Of a stretch of 63,900 nucleotides of DNA, positions 21,632-31,749 are shown one piece after another (the stretch's first letter is position 1; each line of letters starts with the position of its first letter). A program made the position numbers and the translations under genes. The notes beneath the pieces are model-generated. The model was not told where the DNA came from. It saw only the letters and a program-made list of their open reading frames with translations, and did not search any database. This DNA comes from an uncultured Enterobacteriaceae bacterium (GTDB lineage Bacteria > Pseudomonadota > Gammaproteobacteria > Pseudomonadales > Pseudohongiellaceae), in assembly GCA_964601805.1 (NCBI GenBank), contig CAZROW010000002.1, positions 21,172 through 85,071 of the forward strand, written 5' to 3'.

Positions 21632-21781
21632 TGAATACCCAAATCGAAACCCGATGTTCCTTCTTCAAAAATGGCTTCGATTTGATGTACCAGCCAGTAC
21701 GTTCGGGAAGCAGTTAGCTAGCCTGTAAGACAACAACTTTATACCAACTGACTCGAGAGAATGTCAAGAAATACGAGGCTT

Positions 21782-24217
21782 TTAGTGAGTATTAATAGAT
21801 TTTTTTCCTATCTGTTTGACCTCGTTCTCAGTTGTTTTTGAGGAACCTTTTTCAAGTGCTTGAGATTTATTATCTTCCACCGGTTCCGGCATGTATTGCA
21901 ATGCAATCTCAAGAACTTCATCAATCCATTTTACGGGTTTGATTTCGAGGTCGGCCTTGATGTTATCCGGTATTTCTTTCAGGTCTCTTTCGTTTTCTTT
22001 CGGAATGATGACAGTCTTTATATCACCTCGATGCGCGGCAAGAAGTTTTTCCTTCAATCCGCCGATGGGTAACACCTGTCCACGCAGGGTAATCTCTCCT
22101 GTCATGGCGACATCTTTCCTGACTGGAATATTGGTCAGTACAGAGACCAGTGCGGTGCACATGCCAATACCGGCACTTGGACCATCCTTGGGAGTCGCAC
22201 CCTCTGGCACATGGACATGCAAGTCACTGTTTTCATGAAAGTTTTCTTTGAGCCCCAGGGTGGAAGAACGGCTTCGCAACACGGTGAGCGCTGCCTGGAT
22301 AGACTCCTTCATGATGTCACCAAGGGAGCCTGTCATGGTGGTTTTACCTTTACCCGGGGTCGCCACTGCTTCAATAGTCAGTAGTTCGCCACCCACCTGG
22401 GTCCAGGCCAACCCGTTCACTTGCCCGATGGCATCATTTTCTTCTGCACGGCCAAAGTCATACTTCTGTACACCAACATACTTCTCGATATTCTCTTTCG
22501 TAATTTCGAGTGTTGATGTTTTTTTGTCCAGTGTATGTTCCTTGACGATTTTACGGCAGGTCTTTGCAATCTCTCTTTCAAGACCTCGCACACCAGCTTC
22601 ACGCGTGTAATGCCTGATCAGGTGAATAATGGCCTCATCGGTAAAATGAACTTCTTTTTCACCAAGTCCGTTATTCTTTTTCTGCTTGGGCACAAGGTAG
22701 CGGCTGGCAATATTCAGTTTTTCATCTTCGGTATAACCGGGCAGACGAATAACTTCCATCCTGTCCAGCAAGGCCTCGGGAATATTCATGGAATTGGATG
22801 TACAGATAAACAGGACATCACTGAGGTCGTAATCCACTTCCAGGTAATGGTCGTTAAAACTGTGATTCTGTTCGGGGTCCAGGACTTCAAGCAAGGCTGC
22901 TGCAGGATCGCCTCGATGATCCATGCCCATCTTGTCGACTTCGTCCAGCAATACCAGGGGATTCCTCACGCCCACCTTGGCCATTTTCTGCAATATCTTG
23001 CCAGGCAATGAGCCAATATAGGTACGACGATGGCCGCGAATTTCTGCTTCATCACGTACACCGCCAAGGGCCATACGGACAAACTTCCTGCCGGTTGCCC
23101 GGGCCACGGATTCACCCAGGGAGGTTTTACCGACACCGGGAGGTCCTACCAGGCAGAGGATCGGCCCTTTGAGTTTCTTGACCCGTTTTTGTACAGCAAG
23201 GTACTCAACGATGCGTTCCTTGACTTCCTTGAGCCCGTAATGGTCGTGATCAAGCACCTCTTCTGCCTTGTTGAGGTCTGTGCGAATCTTGGATTTCTTT
23301 TTCCAGGGCACATTGATCATCCAGTCGATATAGGTGCGCACGACTGATGCCTCGGATGACATGGGTGACATCATTTTCAGTTTGTTCAGTTCGGCTGTCG
23401 CCTTTTCCTTCGCTTCCTTGGACATGCCCGCCTCGTCAATCTTGCGTTTCAGCTCTTCAGCTTCGTTGGGCACATCTTCCAGCTCACCCATTTCCTTCTG
23501 GATGGCTTTCATTTGTTCATTCAGGTAGTACTCGCGCTGGCTTTTCTCCATCTGCTTTTTGACACGACCACGAATGCGCTTTTCGACCTGGAATATATCG
23601 ATTTCCGCCTCGATCAGGGACATCAGGTGCTCAATTCGCGGCTTCAGGTTGGCCAGTTCCAGGATGTTCTGTTTTTCCTGCAATTGCAGTGACATATGGG
23701 TGGCAATGGTGTCGACCAGCCTGCTGGGTTCATCAATACTGGTAATGGAGGTCAGGACTTCCGGTGAGATTTTCTTGCTCAGCTGTACATACTGGTCAAA
23801 CTGCGAAAGCAGTGAACGCACCAGGATTTCCGAGTCTTTTTCTTCGACGGTACTGCCGGCAAGGCTGCTGGTCTCTGCACGGTAATAATCGCCATCTGTG
23901 TGCAGCTTTTTGATCTGCACCCTTTCCACGCCCTCGACCAGGACTTTGACGGTGCCGTCATTGACGTGCATGAGCTGGAGCACGGAAGCGACAGTTCCGA
24001 TCTCAAAGACATCTTCCCTGCCCGGGTCATCTTCCGAATGCTGCTTCTGGGCGGCCAGCACTACTTTCTTGTCGGCGGCCATGGCTTCCTTGAGGGCACG
24101 GATGGATTTTTCACGCGCCACAAACAGGGGGTGAACAATCTGGGGGTAGACAACCACGCCTCTCAAAGGCAGAAAAGGCAGGGAGTTGTCCTGGGTGGAA
24201 GCGTCCTGGTTCGTCAT
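21782..24217 (-). CDS. lon: ATP-dependent Lon protease
   Basis: 811 aa with Walker [10 protein letters not shown] and the catalytic serine motif PKDGPSAGI. Confidence 0.96.
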   Translation of the reverse strand: MTNQDASTQDNSLPFLPLRGVVVYPQIVHPLFVAREKSIRALKEAMAADKKVVLAAQKQHSEDDPGREDVFEIGTVASVLQLMHVNDGTVKVLVEGVERVQIKKLHTDGDYYRAETSSLAGSTVEEKDSEILVRSLLSQFDQYVQLSKKISPEVLTSITSIDEPSRLVDTIATHMSLQLQEKQNILELANLKPRIEHLMSLIEAEIDIFQVEKRIRGRVKKQMEKSQREYYLNEQMKAIQKEMGELEDVPNEAEELKRKIDEAGMSKEAKEKATAELNKLKMMSPMSSEASVVRTYIDWMINVPWKKKSKIRTDLNKAEEVLDHDHYGLKEVKERIVEYLAVQKRVKKLKGPILCLVGPPGVGKTSLGESVARATGRKFVRMALGGVRDEAEIRGHRRTYIGSLPGKILQKMAKVGVRNPLVLLDEVDKMGMDHRGDPAAALLEVLDPEQNHSFNDHYLEVDYDLSDVLFICTSNSMNIPEALLDRMEVIRLPGYTEDEKLNIASRYLVPKQKKNNGLGEKEVHFTDEAIIHLIRHYTREAGVRGLEREIAKTCRKIVKEHTLDKKTSTLEITKENIEKYVGVQKYDFGRAEENDAIGQVNGLAWTQVGGELLTIEAVATPGKGKTTMTGSLGDIMKESIQAALTVLRSRSSTLGLKENFHENSDLHVHVPEGATPKDGPSAGIGMCTALVSVLTNIPVRKDVAMTGEITLRGQVLPIGGLKEKLLAAHRGDIKTVIIPKENERDLKEIPDNIKADLEIKPVKWIDEVLEIALQYMPEPVEDNKSQALEKGSSKTTENEVKQIGKKSINTH

Positions 24218-24414
24218 CTTGGTTCATCAGACCTGTGTTTGGGGTGGGTAATCACATTGAAATACAAATTCAGCATCAATGCCATAGGCAGCAGCGGAGA
24301 AACGAAAATTTCCTGGTTATTTTCCAGGAGCTTCAGGTCGCTGACCTGCCTGCTGCGCCAACGGGCGACAGTAAACGTCTAGATAAGAGGTGGGGCCTGC
24401 AAGACAGATTTCAA

Positions 24415-24434
24415 GGCCTGGCCCGGGCCAGGCC
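24415..24434 (-). terminator. GC-rich palindrome after clpX (probable terminator)
   Basis: GGCCTGGCC-CG-GGCCAGGCC lies 14 nt after the clpX stop, followed on the minus strand by TTGAAATCTGTCTTG. Confidence 0.5.
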
Positions 24435-24447
24435 CCAATCTTGCCGA

Positions 24448-25737
24448 CTAGGCTGGATCCTTGCTGGCGGTTTTGCTTTGCGCAGTGTCGCCGGTTTCAT
24501 ACATCAAAAGCGGTTCGGACTCACCCTTGATGACAGCTTCGTCGATAACGACCTTCGTGACACCTTCCTGGGACGGAATATTGTACATCGTGTCCAGCAG
24601 GACAGATTCCATGATGGATCTCAGGCCACGGGCACCGGTCTTGCGTTCCTGGGCTTTCCGGGCGATAGCCCTGAGGGCATCATCCCTGAACTGGATTTCC
24701 ACCCCTTCCATTTCAAACAGTTTCGAATACTGCTTGGTCAGGGAATTCCTGGGTTCCTTGAGAATCTGGACCAGGGCTTCTTCATCCAGTTCATTGAGCG
24801 TGGCAATCATGGGCAGACGACCGACAAACTCGGGAATAAGGCCGTACTTGACCAGGTCTTCCGGCTCAACATCCTGCAAGGTCTCACCTACCTGCTGCTC
24901 TTTTTCGAGGCTGCGTACTTCGGCGGCAAAGCCTATTCCGCTCTTGTCAGAGCGATCACGAATGATCTTGTCGAGTCCGGCGAAGGCACCGCCACAGATG
25001 AACAGGATATTGGAGGTATCTACCTGCAGGAACTCCTGCTGGGGGTGTTTGCGACCACCCTGGGGAGGCACTGAGGCCACGGTACCTTCAATGAGTTTCA
25101 GCAGGGCCTGCTGAACGCCTTCACCCGAGACATCGCGGGTAATGGACGGGTTATCCGACTTGCGGGAAATCTTGTCTATTTCGTCAATGTAGACAATACC
25201 AATCTGGGCCTTGTCGACATCGTAATCGCATTTCTGGAGAAGCTTCTGGATGATGTTCTCGACATCTTCACCGACATAACCGGCCTCGGTCAGCGTTGTC
25301 GCATCAGCGATGGTAAAAGGAACATCCAGCAGACGGGCAAGGGTTTCAGCCAGGAGGGTTTTACCGGTGCCTGTGGGACCAATGATCAGTATGTTGCTCT
25401 TGCTGAGCTCCACATCATCATTTTTCTTCTCGTAATTGAGACGCTTGTAATGGTTGTAGACAGCAACCGACAAGGTCTTCTTGGCCTTGTCCTGGCCAAT
25501 GACGTATTCATCGAGCGTGTCACGGATCTCTTCCGGGGTGGGCAGTTTGCGCTCTTCCTTGTCTACCGACTTCTCCTGGATTTCTTCCCGGATAATGTCA
25601 TTACACAGGTCTACACATTCATCGCAAACAAAAACGGAGGGACCGGCGATCAGTTTCCTGACCTCGTGCTGACTCTTGCCACAAAATGAGCAATACAGCA
25701 GCTTGCCGCTGTCATCATCTTTCTTGTCGTCAGACAT
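24448..25737 (-). CDS. clpX: ATP-dependent Clp protease ATP-binding subunit ClpX
   Basis: Start at [26 protein letters not shown] (zinc-binding CxxC...CxxC). Walker A GPTGTGKT. 429 aa. Confidence 0.95.
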   Translation of the reverse strand: MSDDKKDDDSGKLLYCSFCGKSQHEVRKLIAGPSVFVCDECVDLCNDIIREEIQEKSVDKEERKLPTPEEIRDTLDEYVIGQDKAKKTLSVAVYNHYKRLNYEKKNDDVELSKSNILIIGPTGTGKTLLAETLARLLDVPFTIADATTLTEAGYVGEDVENIIQKLLQKCDYDVDKAQIGIVYIDEIDKISRKSDNPSITRDVSGEGVQQALLKLIEGTVASVPPQGGRKHPQQEFLQVDTSNILFICGGAFAGLDKIIRDRSDKSGIGFAAEVRSLEKEQQVGETLQDVEPEDLVKYGLIPEFVGRLPMIATLNELDEEALVQILKEPRNSLTKQYSKLFEMEGVEIQFRDDALRAIARKAQERKTGARGLRSIMESVLLDTMYNIPSQEGVTKVVIDEAVIKGESEPLLMYETGDTAQSKTASKDPA

Positions 25738-25891
25738 ATGCCGTTTTTCCGTTTTCCCGATTGGCTGGCTTGTCGCCAGCACCTGTTGAATTTCTGAGCT
25801 TTAACTACTGGTCAAGATTAAGGCTTCTGGGCCATTTTACAAGTAGTAACTGCTGATTGTCTCCCCTTTATGGGCGGGGCTTGCGACGGGC

Positions 25892-26548
25892 TTACTCGCT
25901 CGAGCCGTCACCCGAAGACGGCAGTACCCGCCTGTCCATCACTTTGTCGATCAGTCCGTACTTGACCGCTTCACTTCCGCTCATGAAGTTGTCGCGATCA
26001 GTATCGCGGGCTATGACCTCGATATCCTGACCGGTATGTTCGGCCATGATCTTGTTCAGGCGTTCCCTGACATTCAGGATTTCCTGGGCCTGGATGTGGA
26101 TATCAGACGCCTGGCCCTGGGCACCGCCACTGGGCTGGTGAATCATCATGCGTGAATGCGGCAGCGCAAAGCGCTTGCCCTTTTCACCACCGGTAAGCAG
26201 CAAGGCGCCCATGCTGGCCGCCTGGCCTATGCACATGGTGCTCACGTCCGGCTTGATGAACTGCATGGTGTCGTATATCGACAGGCCTGCTGTGACCGAG
26301 CCACCTGGTGAATTGATATAAAGATGAATGTCCTTGTCCGGGTTTTCGGATTCCAGGAAGAGCAATTGCGCAACAACCAGGTTGGCCATGTAATCTTCAA
26401 CCTGCCCTACCAGGAAAATGATCCTGTCCTTGAGCAGCCTGGAGTAAATATCATACGAGCGCTCACCACGGGCAGTCTGCTCTACGACAATCGGTACCAG
26501 GCTCGCGTACTCCTGCAGAATCTCTTCTTTCGCGCCACTATTTTTCAT
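25892..26548 (-). CDS. clpP: ATP-dependent Clp protease proteolytic subunit ClpP
   Basis: 218 aa, colinear with E. coli ClpP (GQAASMGA active-site Ser, MIHQP His). Confidence 0.95.
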   Translation of the reverse strand: MKNSGAKEEILQEYASLVPIVVEQTARGERSYDIYSRLLKDRIIFLVGQVEDYMANLVVAQLLFLESENPDKDIHLYINSPGGSVTAGLSIYDTMQFIKPDVSTMCIGQAASMGALLLTGGEKGKRFALPHSRMMIHQPSGGAQGQASDIHIQAQEILNVRERLNKIMAEHTGQDIEVIARDTDRDNFMSGSEAVKYGLIDKVMDRRVLPSSGDGSSE

Positions 26549-26610
26549 GTTTTATTCCGGTTGTTGGTCTGCTTGCTATTGCCTGAGGCCGGTCTTGCGA
26601 CAGGGCCTGG

Positions 26611-27975
26611 TTACTTGTCCTGCTCACTGTCGTCGGTGGCGCTGTCAGCTTCCTGGGCCTGTTCCTCTGCGGGATTGGCAGGTGGCTTCAGGGCTTCTTC
26701 GTAACTGACATTCGACTCTGTCACCTGTGCAGCATTAACGACCAGGTCTATGACAGATTCTTCCAATGCCATCGCTTCAACATTGGCAAGCTGTTCCTTG
26801 TCGCTGTAATACCATTTCACGACATCTTCCGGCTTTTCATAGCTTTCAGCCATTTCCTCGATGAGTTTACGTACGTCATCGGGGTCCGGTTTCAATTCAT
26901 TCTTGTTGACGATCTCATTCATGATCAGGCTCAGCGCAACACGGCGCTCGGCCTGTTCCTTGAACAGGTCATCAGGCAGCATGGAAGGATCAATATTCTG
27001 GCCACCACCAAATTGCTGCATGGCCTGCTGGCGCAGGGCATTGATCTCGTTTGCGGTCAGTGCAGAAGGCACGGTGACCTCGTGAATTTTGAGCAGGCCT
27101 TCAATCACCTGGTTCTTGATGTTGTTCTTGGCAGCATTTTTCAGCTCCCTGGCCATGTTGGTGGCCACTTCCTTGCGAAATGCCTCCAGGCCACCTTCGG
27201 CCACATCAAAGGAGGCGAAAAACTCGTCATCAAGTTCGGGTAATGTAGCTTCGCTGACAGAATTCACCTTGACTGCAAACTCAGCTTCTTTACCCGCCAG
27301 GTCCTTGTTGTGGTAATCCTCGGGAAAGGTCAGCGACAGTGTTTTCTCATCACCCGCTGACAGGCCAACCAGGCCTTCTTCAAATCCCGGAATCATGCGC
27401 TTGGAGCCCAGAACCAGGTTGGTACCCTTCGCTTTTCCACCCTCGAATTCCTCGCCATCAATGGTGCCGGTAAAGTCCAGGTTGACCTGGTCTTCATCCT
27501 GGCTGGCACGCTCTACTTCCTTGTACGTTTTGCGCTGTTCGCGCAGGGTCTCTATCATTTTGTCGATATCGGCATCTGCTATTTCGGCGGATTTTTTCTC
27601 AATGGTGATACCGGAAAAATCCTGCAGATCGATTTCAGGGTAGACCTCAAAGGTCGCGGTAAACTCGAGGTTCTTGCCTTCTTCCAGGTTGGTTGGCTCG
27701 ATCCGTGGTTGCCCGGCAGGCTTGACCTGTTCCTGGGTGACCGCTTCAACCCAGGAGTTACTCATCACCTCTCCAAGTACTTCCTGGCGGACACCGGCAC
27801 CAAAACGGTCCTTGATTACCTTGACCGGCACCTTGCCCTTTCTGAAGCCCTTCATCTGAAAATTCTTGGCAGCTTCCTTGAGACGGCTTTGTACCTGGCT
27901 CTCAATAGTCTCAGCGGGCACTTCAATGGTCATTCGCCTTTCCAGGCCGGAGAGAGTCTCCAGTGATACTTGCAT
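26611..27975 (-). CDS. tig: Trigger factor
   Basis: The internal ATG at 27975 gives MQVSLETLSGLERRMTIEVP, the canonical trigger-factor N-terminus. FKBP domain in the middle. An acidic C-terminal tail is unusual but in frame. Confidence 0.93.
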   Translation of the reverse strand: MQVSLETLSGLERRMTIEVPAETIESQVQSRLKEAAKNFQMKGFRKGKVPVKVIKDRFGAGVRQEVLGEVMSNSWVEAVTQEQVKPAGQPRIEPTNLEEGKNLEFTATFEVYPEIDLQDFSGITIEKKSAEIADADIDKMIETLREQRKTYKEVERASQDEDQVNLDFTGTIDGEEFEGGKAKGTNLVLGSKRMIPGFEEGLVGLSAGDEKTLSLTFPEDYHNKDLAGKEAEFAVKVNSVSEATLPELDDEFFASFDVAEGGLEAFRKEVATNMARELKNAAKNNIKNQVIEGLLKIHEVTVPSALTANEINALRQQAMQQFGGGQNIDPSMLPDDLFKEQAERRVALSLIMNEIVNKNELKPDPDDVRKLIEEMAESYEKPEDVVKWYYSDKEQLANVEAMALEESVIDLVVNAAQVTESNVSYEEALKPPANPAEEQAQEADSATDDSEQDK

Positions 27976-28797
27976 GGTTTGTTCCTGATTCGAGTTATCT
28001 GTGTTGCATCTGTTAAAAACTGTTTTCACCAGGCCAGAGTACGGCCGATGACTGCCTGACTAACAGCTGAAATCCTGTTACTGGTTCAGAATGTCGATAG
28101 TCGGTTTGCCTGCTTGCGGCTGAATCCTGAAGCTGCACGGATTGTTCAGCCTGACAATGACTTGCCCAAGAGAAGCCAGCACTTTCTGTATTGCGTGCTT
28201 GCACCGCTTAACTGAAGTGCCTGAAATAAAAATACCACTTAAAAATCAAGAAGTTATTTATATTTTTTCAAAAGCAGGCCGGGATTGTGCCACATCAAAA
28301 TGGCTTATTCAATAGCGCTGCAAGTGCACGCAACAAGCGGCTTTGCCCGCATTCACAACGGCCAGTAATCGGGTCATTCAATGACTTGTTCAATGACCAA
28401 CCAGCGAAGCGTTTAAATGATGTTTCAGATCCTTGAAGACACACTCGCCATCCAGGTTCCTGACCATAAAAGCGGCCGAATAAAAAAAATAAATCTTAAT
28501 TTTTGTAAGTGCCTATCGGTTCGATAAATTTTTAATGCATCCCTAACCTAAGTGTCTGAAAACGCCAGCAGGCTGATTAAAATATACACATTTTGCACTC
28601 TTAAGTTTGGGCTATAACTTGTTGATAATTAATTATTATTTAAGCCCTTATACCGTAATTTGGCGGTCTAAACGATTGATTTTTCGATGATTGCGAATCC
28701 AGTGGCTGACGACGGCGGGAAAACAAAGACCACGTGACTGGCATGGATATTGCGCCCTGTTTCAGAAGGGGTAAGGCCATTATATTTTTCTGCACTC

Positions 28798-28882
28798 GTT
28801 AGCCCGAGGCGAATAACCAAATGCTGACCACAGGCATTCAATAATAACAACGAGTTAAACCGGACAGTCGCCTCGGGCTAAC
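28798..28882. repeat. Perfect 14-bp inverted repeat GTTAGCCCGAGGCG / CGCCTCGGGCTAAC enclosing a 57-nt loop
   Basis: Arms at 28798-28811 and 28869-28882. Pairing extends outward with one bulge (CTCGTT / AACGGAG). There is an inner hairpin AATGC..GCATT. It lies about 100 nt downstream of the MMPL gene stop. Confidence 0.85.
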
Positions 28883-28911
28883 GGAGACCAAGCTTTACTC
28901 CCCTGCACCAT

Positions 28912-28941
28912 CAGCCCCATACAGCCCCCAACAGCCCCTAA
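28912..28941. repeat. Three tandem 10-bp repeats CAGCCCC(N3)
   Basis: CAGCCCC occurs at 28912, 28922 and 28932, between the MMPL stop and the large inverted repeat. Confidence 0.8.
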
Positions 28942-28978
28942 GCGAGGTGTACTTCATCTCCCTGATTCGTCCTGCCTG

Positions 28979-31558
28979 TCAGGCTCGCTCTTTTCCCAGC
29001 GGCTTGAACATGATCATTAATCGCGGCAACAAGGTCAGTGCACCTGCAAGTGCCAGACACATGGCCAGGCTCGTCAGCAAGCCGAAATAAATGGTCGGTA
29101 TGAAGTTGGACAGCACCAGGATCGAGAAGCCGGCCACAATGGTAAAACCGGTGTAATACATGGCTTTACCAATGCTGCCATGACAATAGATCATGGTTTG
29201 CGTGTAGTTACCGAAATCCGGGAAACGGGATTTGTAGCGGTGAATATAGTGGATGGTGTTATCCACACCGATGCCTACCGAGATGGCCGCGATGGTGATC
29301 GTCATCATGTCCAGGGGAATGCCGAGCCAGCCCATCAGGCCAAGTACTGACATGGCAGCCAGGATATTGGGAATGATGCCGATGACAGCCAGTTTCCAGG
29401 ACCGGAACAGGACCAGGAACATACCGGTGATTACCAGCAAAACCAGGCCAAGCGTGAGAATTTGTGACTCAAACAGGCTCTGGAGCATGTTGTTGTATAA
29501 AACCAGCATCCCGGTGAGATGGACCTGGTCTGCATCAAAACCGAATTGGCTGGTCAGGCCATTCCTGATGGTGTCGAGCAGATCTTCCCTGACCAGGTCC
29601 GGGGAGGTTTCCAACACACGTATGGAAAAACGGACCTGGTCATTTTCTACCGAGACGTAGGGCCTGAGCAGGCTTTCCTTGTAATCATCAGGAATACGGT
29701 TGTACAACACCGCCAGTTCAATACTGTTCAGTGCTTCCCCGTCATTGAGCTCATAGGCGATACCAAGCAGTGTGGCCAGTGACAACACCTTGCCTGTCTC
29801 TGGAAGGCTGTCCAGGTATTCATGAATCGCGATGATTTCAGCCATCTTGTCACTGGTGAACCAGTACGCGTTGTCATCCGCTGCAGCCACGTCGTCAAAA
29901 CCATCGTCAAAGCCGTCATCGAAACCGCTGTCGAAACCATCATCAAAGTCATTGTCGAAACCACTGTCGAAGCCATCATCAAAGTCATCACCAAAGCCGT
30001 CATCAAAAGCGAAATCGGCTTCATTGCTTTCGCCATTGCCTGAATCAAACGGATTCTCCCGGCTCAAATCGATAATCACATCAAGGGGGGTGGTGCCACC
30101 CATGTTCTGGTCAATGGCAACCATACCCTGGTAGATGTCGGTGTTTTCATCAAAGTAATCGATGAAACTGTTTTCCACCTTCAATCGGCCAATGCCAATG
30201 CCACTGGCAATGAATAACAGGATTGCCGTGATGACAATCGCGTTGCCAAAACGTTGTGTGAAGCGTCCAATCGCCGGCGTGATATCGATTGACTTGGCCC
30301 CCTGCGTCGACAGGTTTGCCCGGAAAAGAACGAGAATGGCCGGAAAAATCAGGAAGGTCAGCATGAAGGCGCAACAAATTCCCATCACCATCATCCAGCC
30401 AAAGTCTATGATGGGTGGAATATCGCTGACCACCAGGGAGCCAAAGGCCACGATCGTTGTCAGGCTGGTGTAGGCGCAGGGTTTGATCATGCTCCTGAGA
30501 GTTTGCTGCAGTCGTTCACCATGGCTGATCCCGGGCAACTCTGTTTCCAGCTCCCGGTAGCGCACAATGAGATGTACCGTTAACGAGATGGTGATAATCA
30601 ACAGCAGTGAGATAAAGTTTGAAGAGATCACCGTCACTGGCCACTCCAGGAAACCCAGAAGGCCAATGACGCACAGTGCGATCGTTCCACCACAGAGCAG
30701 TGGAATGAATACATAACGCGGTTTGCGAAACAGGTAGGCAAGCGCGGCAATGATAAACACCAGGATGGCAGATCCGAACGTGACCAGGTCATTGCGCACG
30801 AAAGTCACCAGGTCATCGGCGATCATGGGCACACCGCCCAGGTAGATTGTTGCATTGTCACGATACTGGTCCAGGATACGCCTGACTGCTGTAATGTCTT
30901 CATGCAATTGCGCGGCATCGGCAACGACAGCTTCCGTATACTGCTTTTCAGTTTCTTCCAGTAAGCTCGCTTCAGTTTGTGACAGTTGACCTGCAGTTTG
31001 CGCCTCGCGCAGTTCAGTACGCCGGGACAGCAATGCTTGCAGTTCGGTGTTGGGGGCAAAATTGACGATCAATGCCGTGGTCTGGCCGTCTTCACTGAGA
31101 AGCACATTCCTGTAGGCTTCACTGCTGGTCAGGTCTTCACGGGCCGCATCCAGGGCTACTCCGGGTGAATCCAGGGTAATGATATTGTCTGCCACTTCAC
31201 TGAGGGAGACATCAGCTACCTTGAAAAGTGGTACTTCAAATATGCTGTCAACAGATTCGACCCCCGCTACGGACAACAAGTCAGCTTTCGCCGCCGTCAG
31301 GGTTTCCAGGGTGGTGCTGGTAAACAGCGGGTCATCGGGGTTGTAGGTGACGAAAACAAAATCACCGGTGCCATAACGGTCACTGATCTCCCGGGAATAT
31401 TCAAGATCCGGATCCCCTTCCACGACCAGTGAATCCGCCGAGGCATCCATGCGGAACTGCTGGCTGTTCCAGCCCAGGAACAGTGCCAGTAAAAGCACGG
31501 CAGACAGCACCAGGTAGGGCCTGCCCAGCACGAGGCGTGTATAGACATTAAATAACAT
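28979..31558 (-). CDS. MMPL / RND-superfamily exporter (HpnN-like, sterol-sensing-domain type)
   Basis: 859 aa. Two blocks of about 6 TM each preceded by a large soluble loop. The N-terminus MLFNVYTRLVLGRPYLVLSAVLLL is typical of this family. The second loop carries an acidic (D-D/S-G-F)n insertion. Confidence 0.75.
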   Translation of the reverse strand: MLFNVYTRLVLGRPYLVLSAVLLLALFLGWNSQQFRMDASADSLVVEGDPDLEYSREISDRYGTGDFVFVTYNPDDPLFTSTTLETLTAAKADLLSVAGVESVDSIFEVPLFKVADVSLSEVADNIITLDSPGVALDAAREDLTSSEAYRNVLLSEDGQTTALIVNFAPNTELQALLSRRTELREAQTAGQLSQTEASLLEETEKQYTEAVVADAAQLHEDITAVRRILDQYRDNATIYLGGVPMIADDLVTFVRNDLVTFGSAILVFIIAALAYLFRKPRYVFIPLLCGGTIALCVIGLLGFLEWPVTVISSNFISLLLIITISLTVHLIVRYRELETELPGISHGERLQQTLRSMIKPCAYTSLTTIVAFGSLVVSDIPPIIDFGWMMVMGICCAFMLTFLIFPAILVLFRANLSTQGAKSIDITPAIGRFTQRFGNAIVITAILLFIASGIGIGRLKVENSFIDYFDENTDIYQGMVAIDQNMGGTTPLDVIIDLSRENPFDSGNGESNEADFAFDDGFGDDFDDGFDSGFDNDFDDGFDSGFDDGFDDGFDDVAAADDNAYWFTSDKMAEIIAIHEYLDSLPETGKVLSLATLLGIAYELNDGEALNSIELAVLYNRIPDDYKESLLRPYVSVENDQVRFSIRVLETSPDLVREDLLDTIRNGLTSQFGFDADQVHLTGMLVLYNNMLQSLFESQILTLGLVLLVITGMFLVLFRSWKLAVIGIIPNILAAMSVLGLMGWLGIPLDMMTITIAAISVGIGVDNTIHYIHRYKSRFPDFGNYTQTMIYCHGSIGKAMYYTGFTIVAGFSILVLSNFIPTIYFGLLTSLAMCLALAGALTLLPRLMIMFKPLGKERA
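29891..30016 (-). repeat. In-frame 12-nt periodic coding repeat encoding DFAFDDGFGDDFDDGFDSGFDNDFDDGFDSGFDDGFDDGFDD
   Basis: Plus strand reads GTC-RTC-RAA-RCC units about 10 times. The repeat lies inside the MMPL ORF and does not break the frame. Confidence 0.85.
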
Positions 31559-31749
31559 GAAAACCTGGATTTTCCCTTAACAGGGAGTCAAAAAAGCGGC
31601 AGAGTATAGCATTGTGTCCCGGCATGACAGCAGTCAATCCGGGGAAACGGGCCTTGCTCACCGGGCCGGTACGGACCGGTAGCAGCGGGTCCGGTCATCA
31701 GCATGCAAAAATGTGGGATTTTTTCCCTCAAAAGACTATACTGGACGGT

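Noticed and set aside
24218-24330. Search for a sigma-32 heat-shock promoter (CTTGAAA-N13-15-CCCCATNT) upstream of lon
   Set aside because: Only partial matches exist (CTGAAT ... CCCACCCCA), and their spacing is about 19 nt. That is not convincing enough to annotate.
28690-28760. GCGAATCC...CCAGTGGC strings reminiscent of cobalamin-riboswitch core / B12 box
   Set aside because: The order and spacing of elements do not fit the riboswitch consensus on either strand, and no gene lies downstream in a position to be regulated.
28668-28850. 60-aa ORF inside the long non-coding spacer
   Set aside because: It has no ribosome-binding site and no recognisable motif, and it overlaps the arm of the large inverted repeat. 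It is probably fortuitous.
28899-28917. Minus-strand GGGGCTGATGGTGCAGGGG resembling the GGGGCTGAT 5' end of tmRNA
   Set aside because: The downstream sequence has no tRNA-like acceptor/T-arm partner, no tag-peptide reading frame and no resemblance to the remainder of ssrA. The similarity is limited to about 9 nt.
29891-30016. Regular short DNA repeats that could superficially suggest a CRISPR-like or satellite array
   Set aside because: The period is 12 nt with no spacers, and it lies in frame inside a long ORF. It is a coding low-complexity repeat, reported as such.
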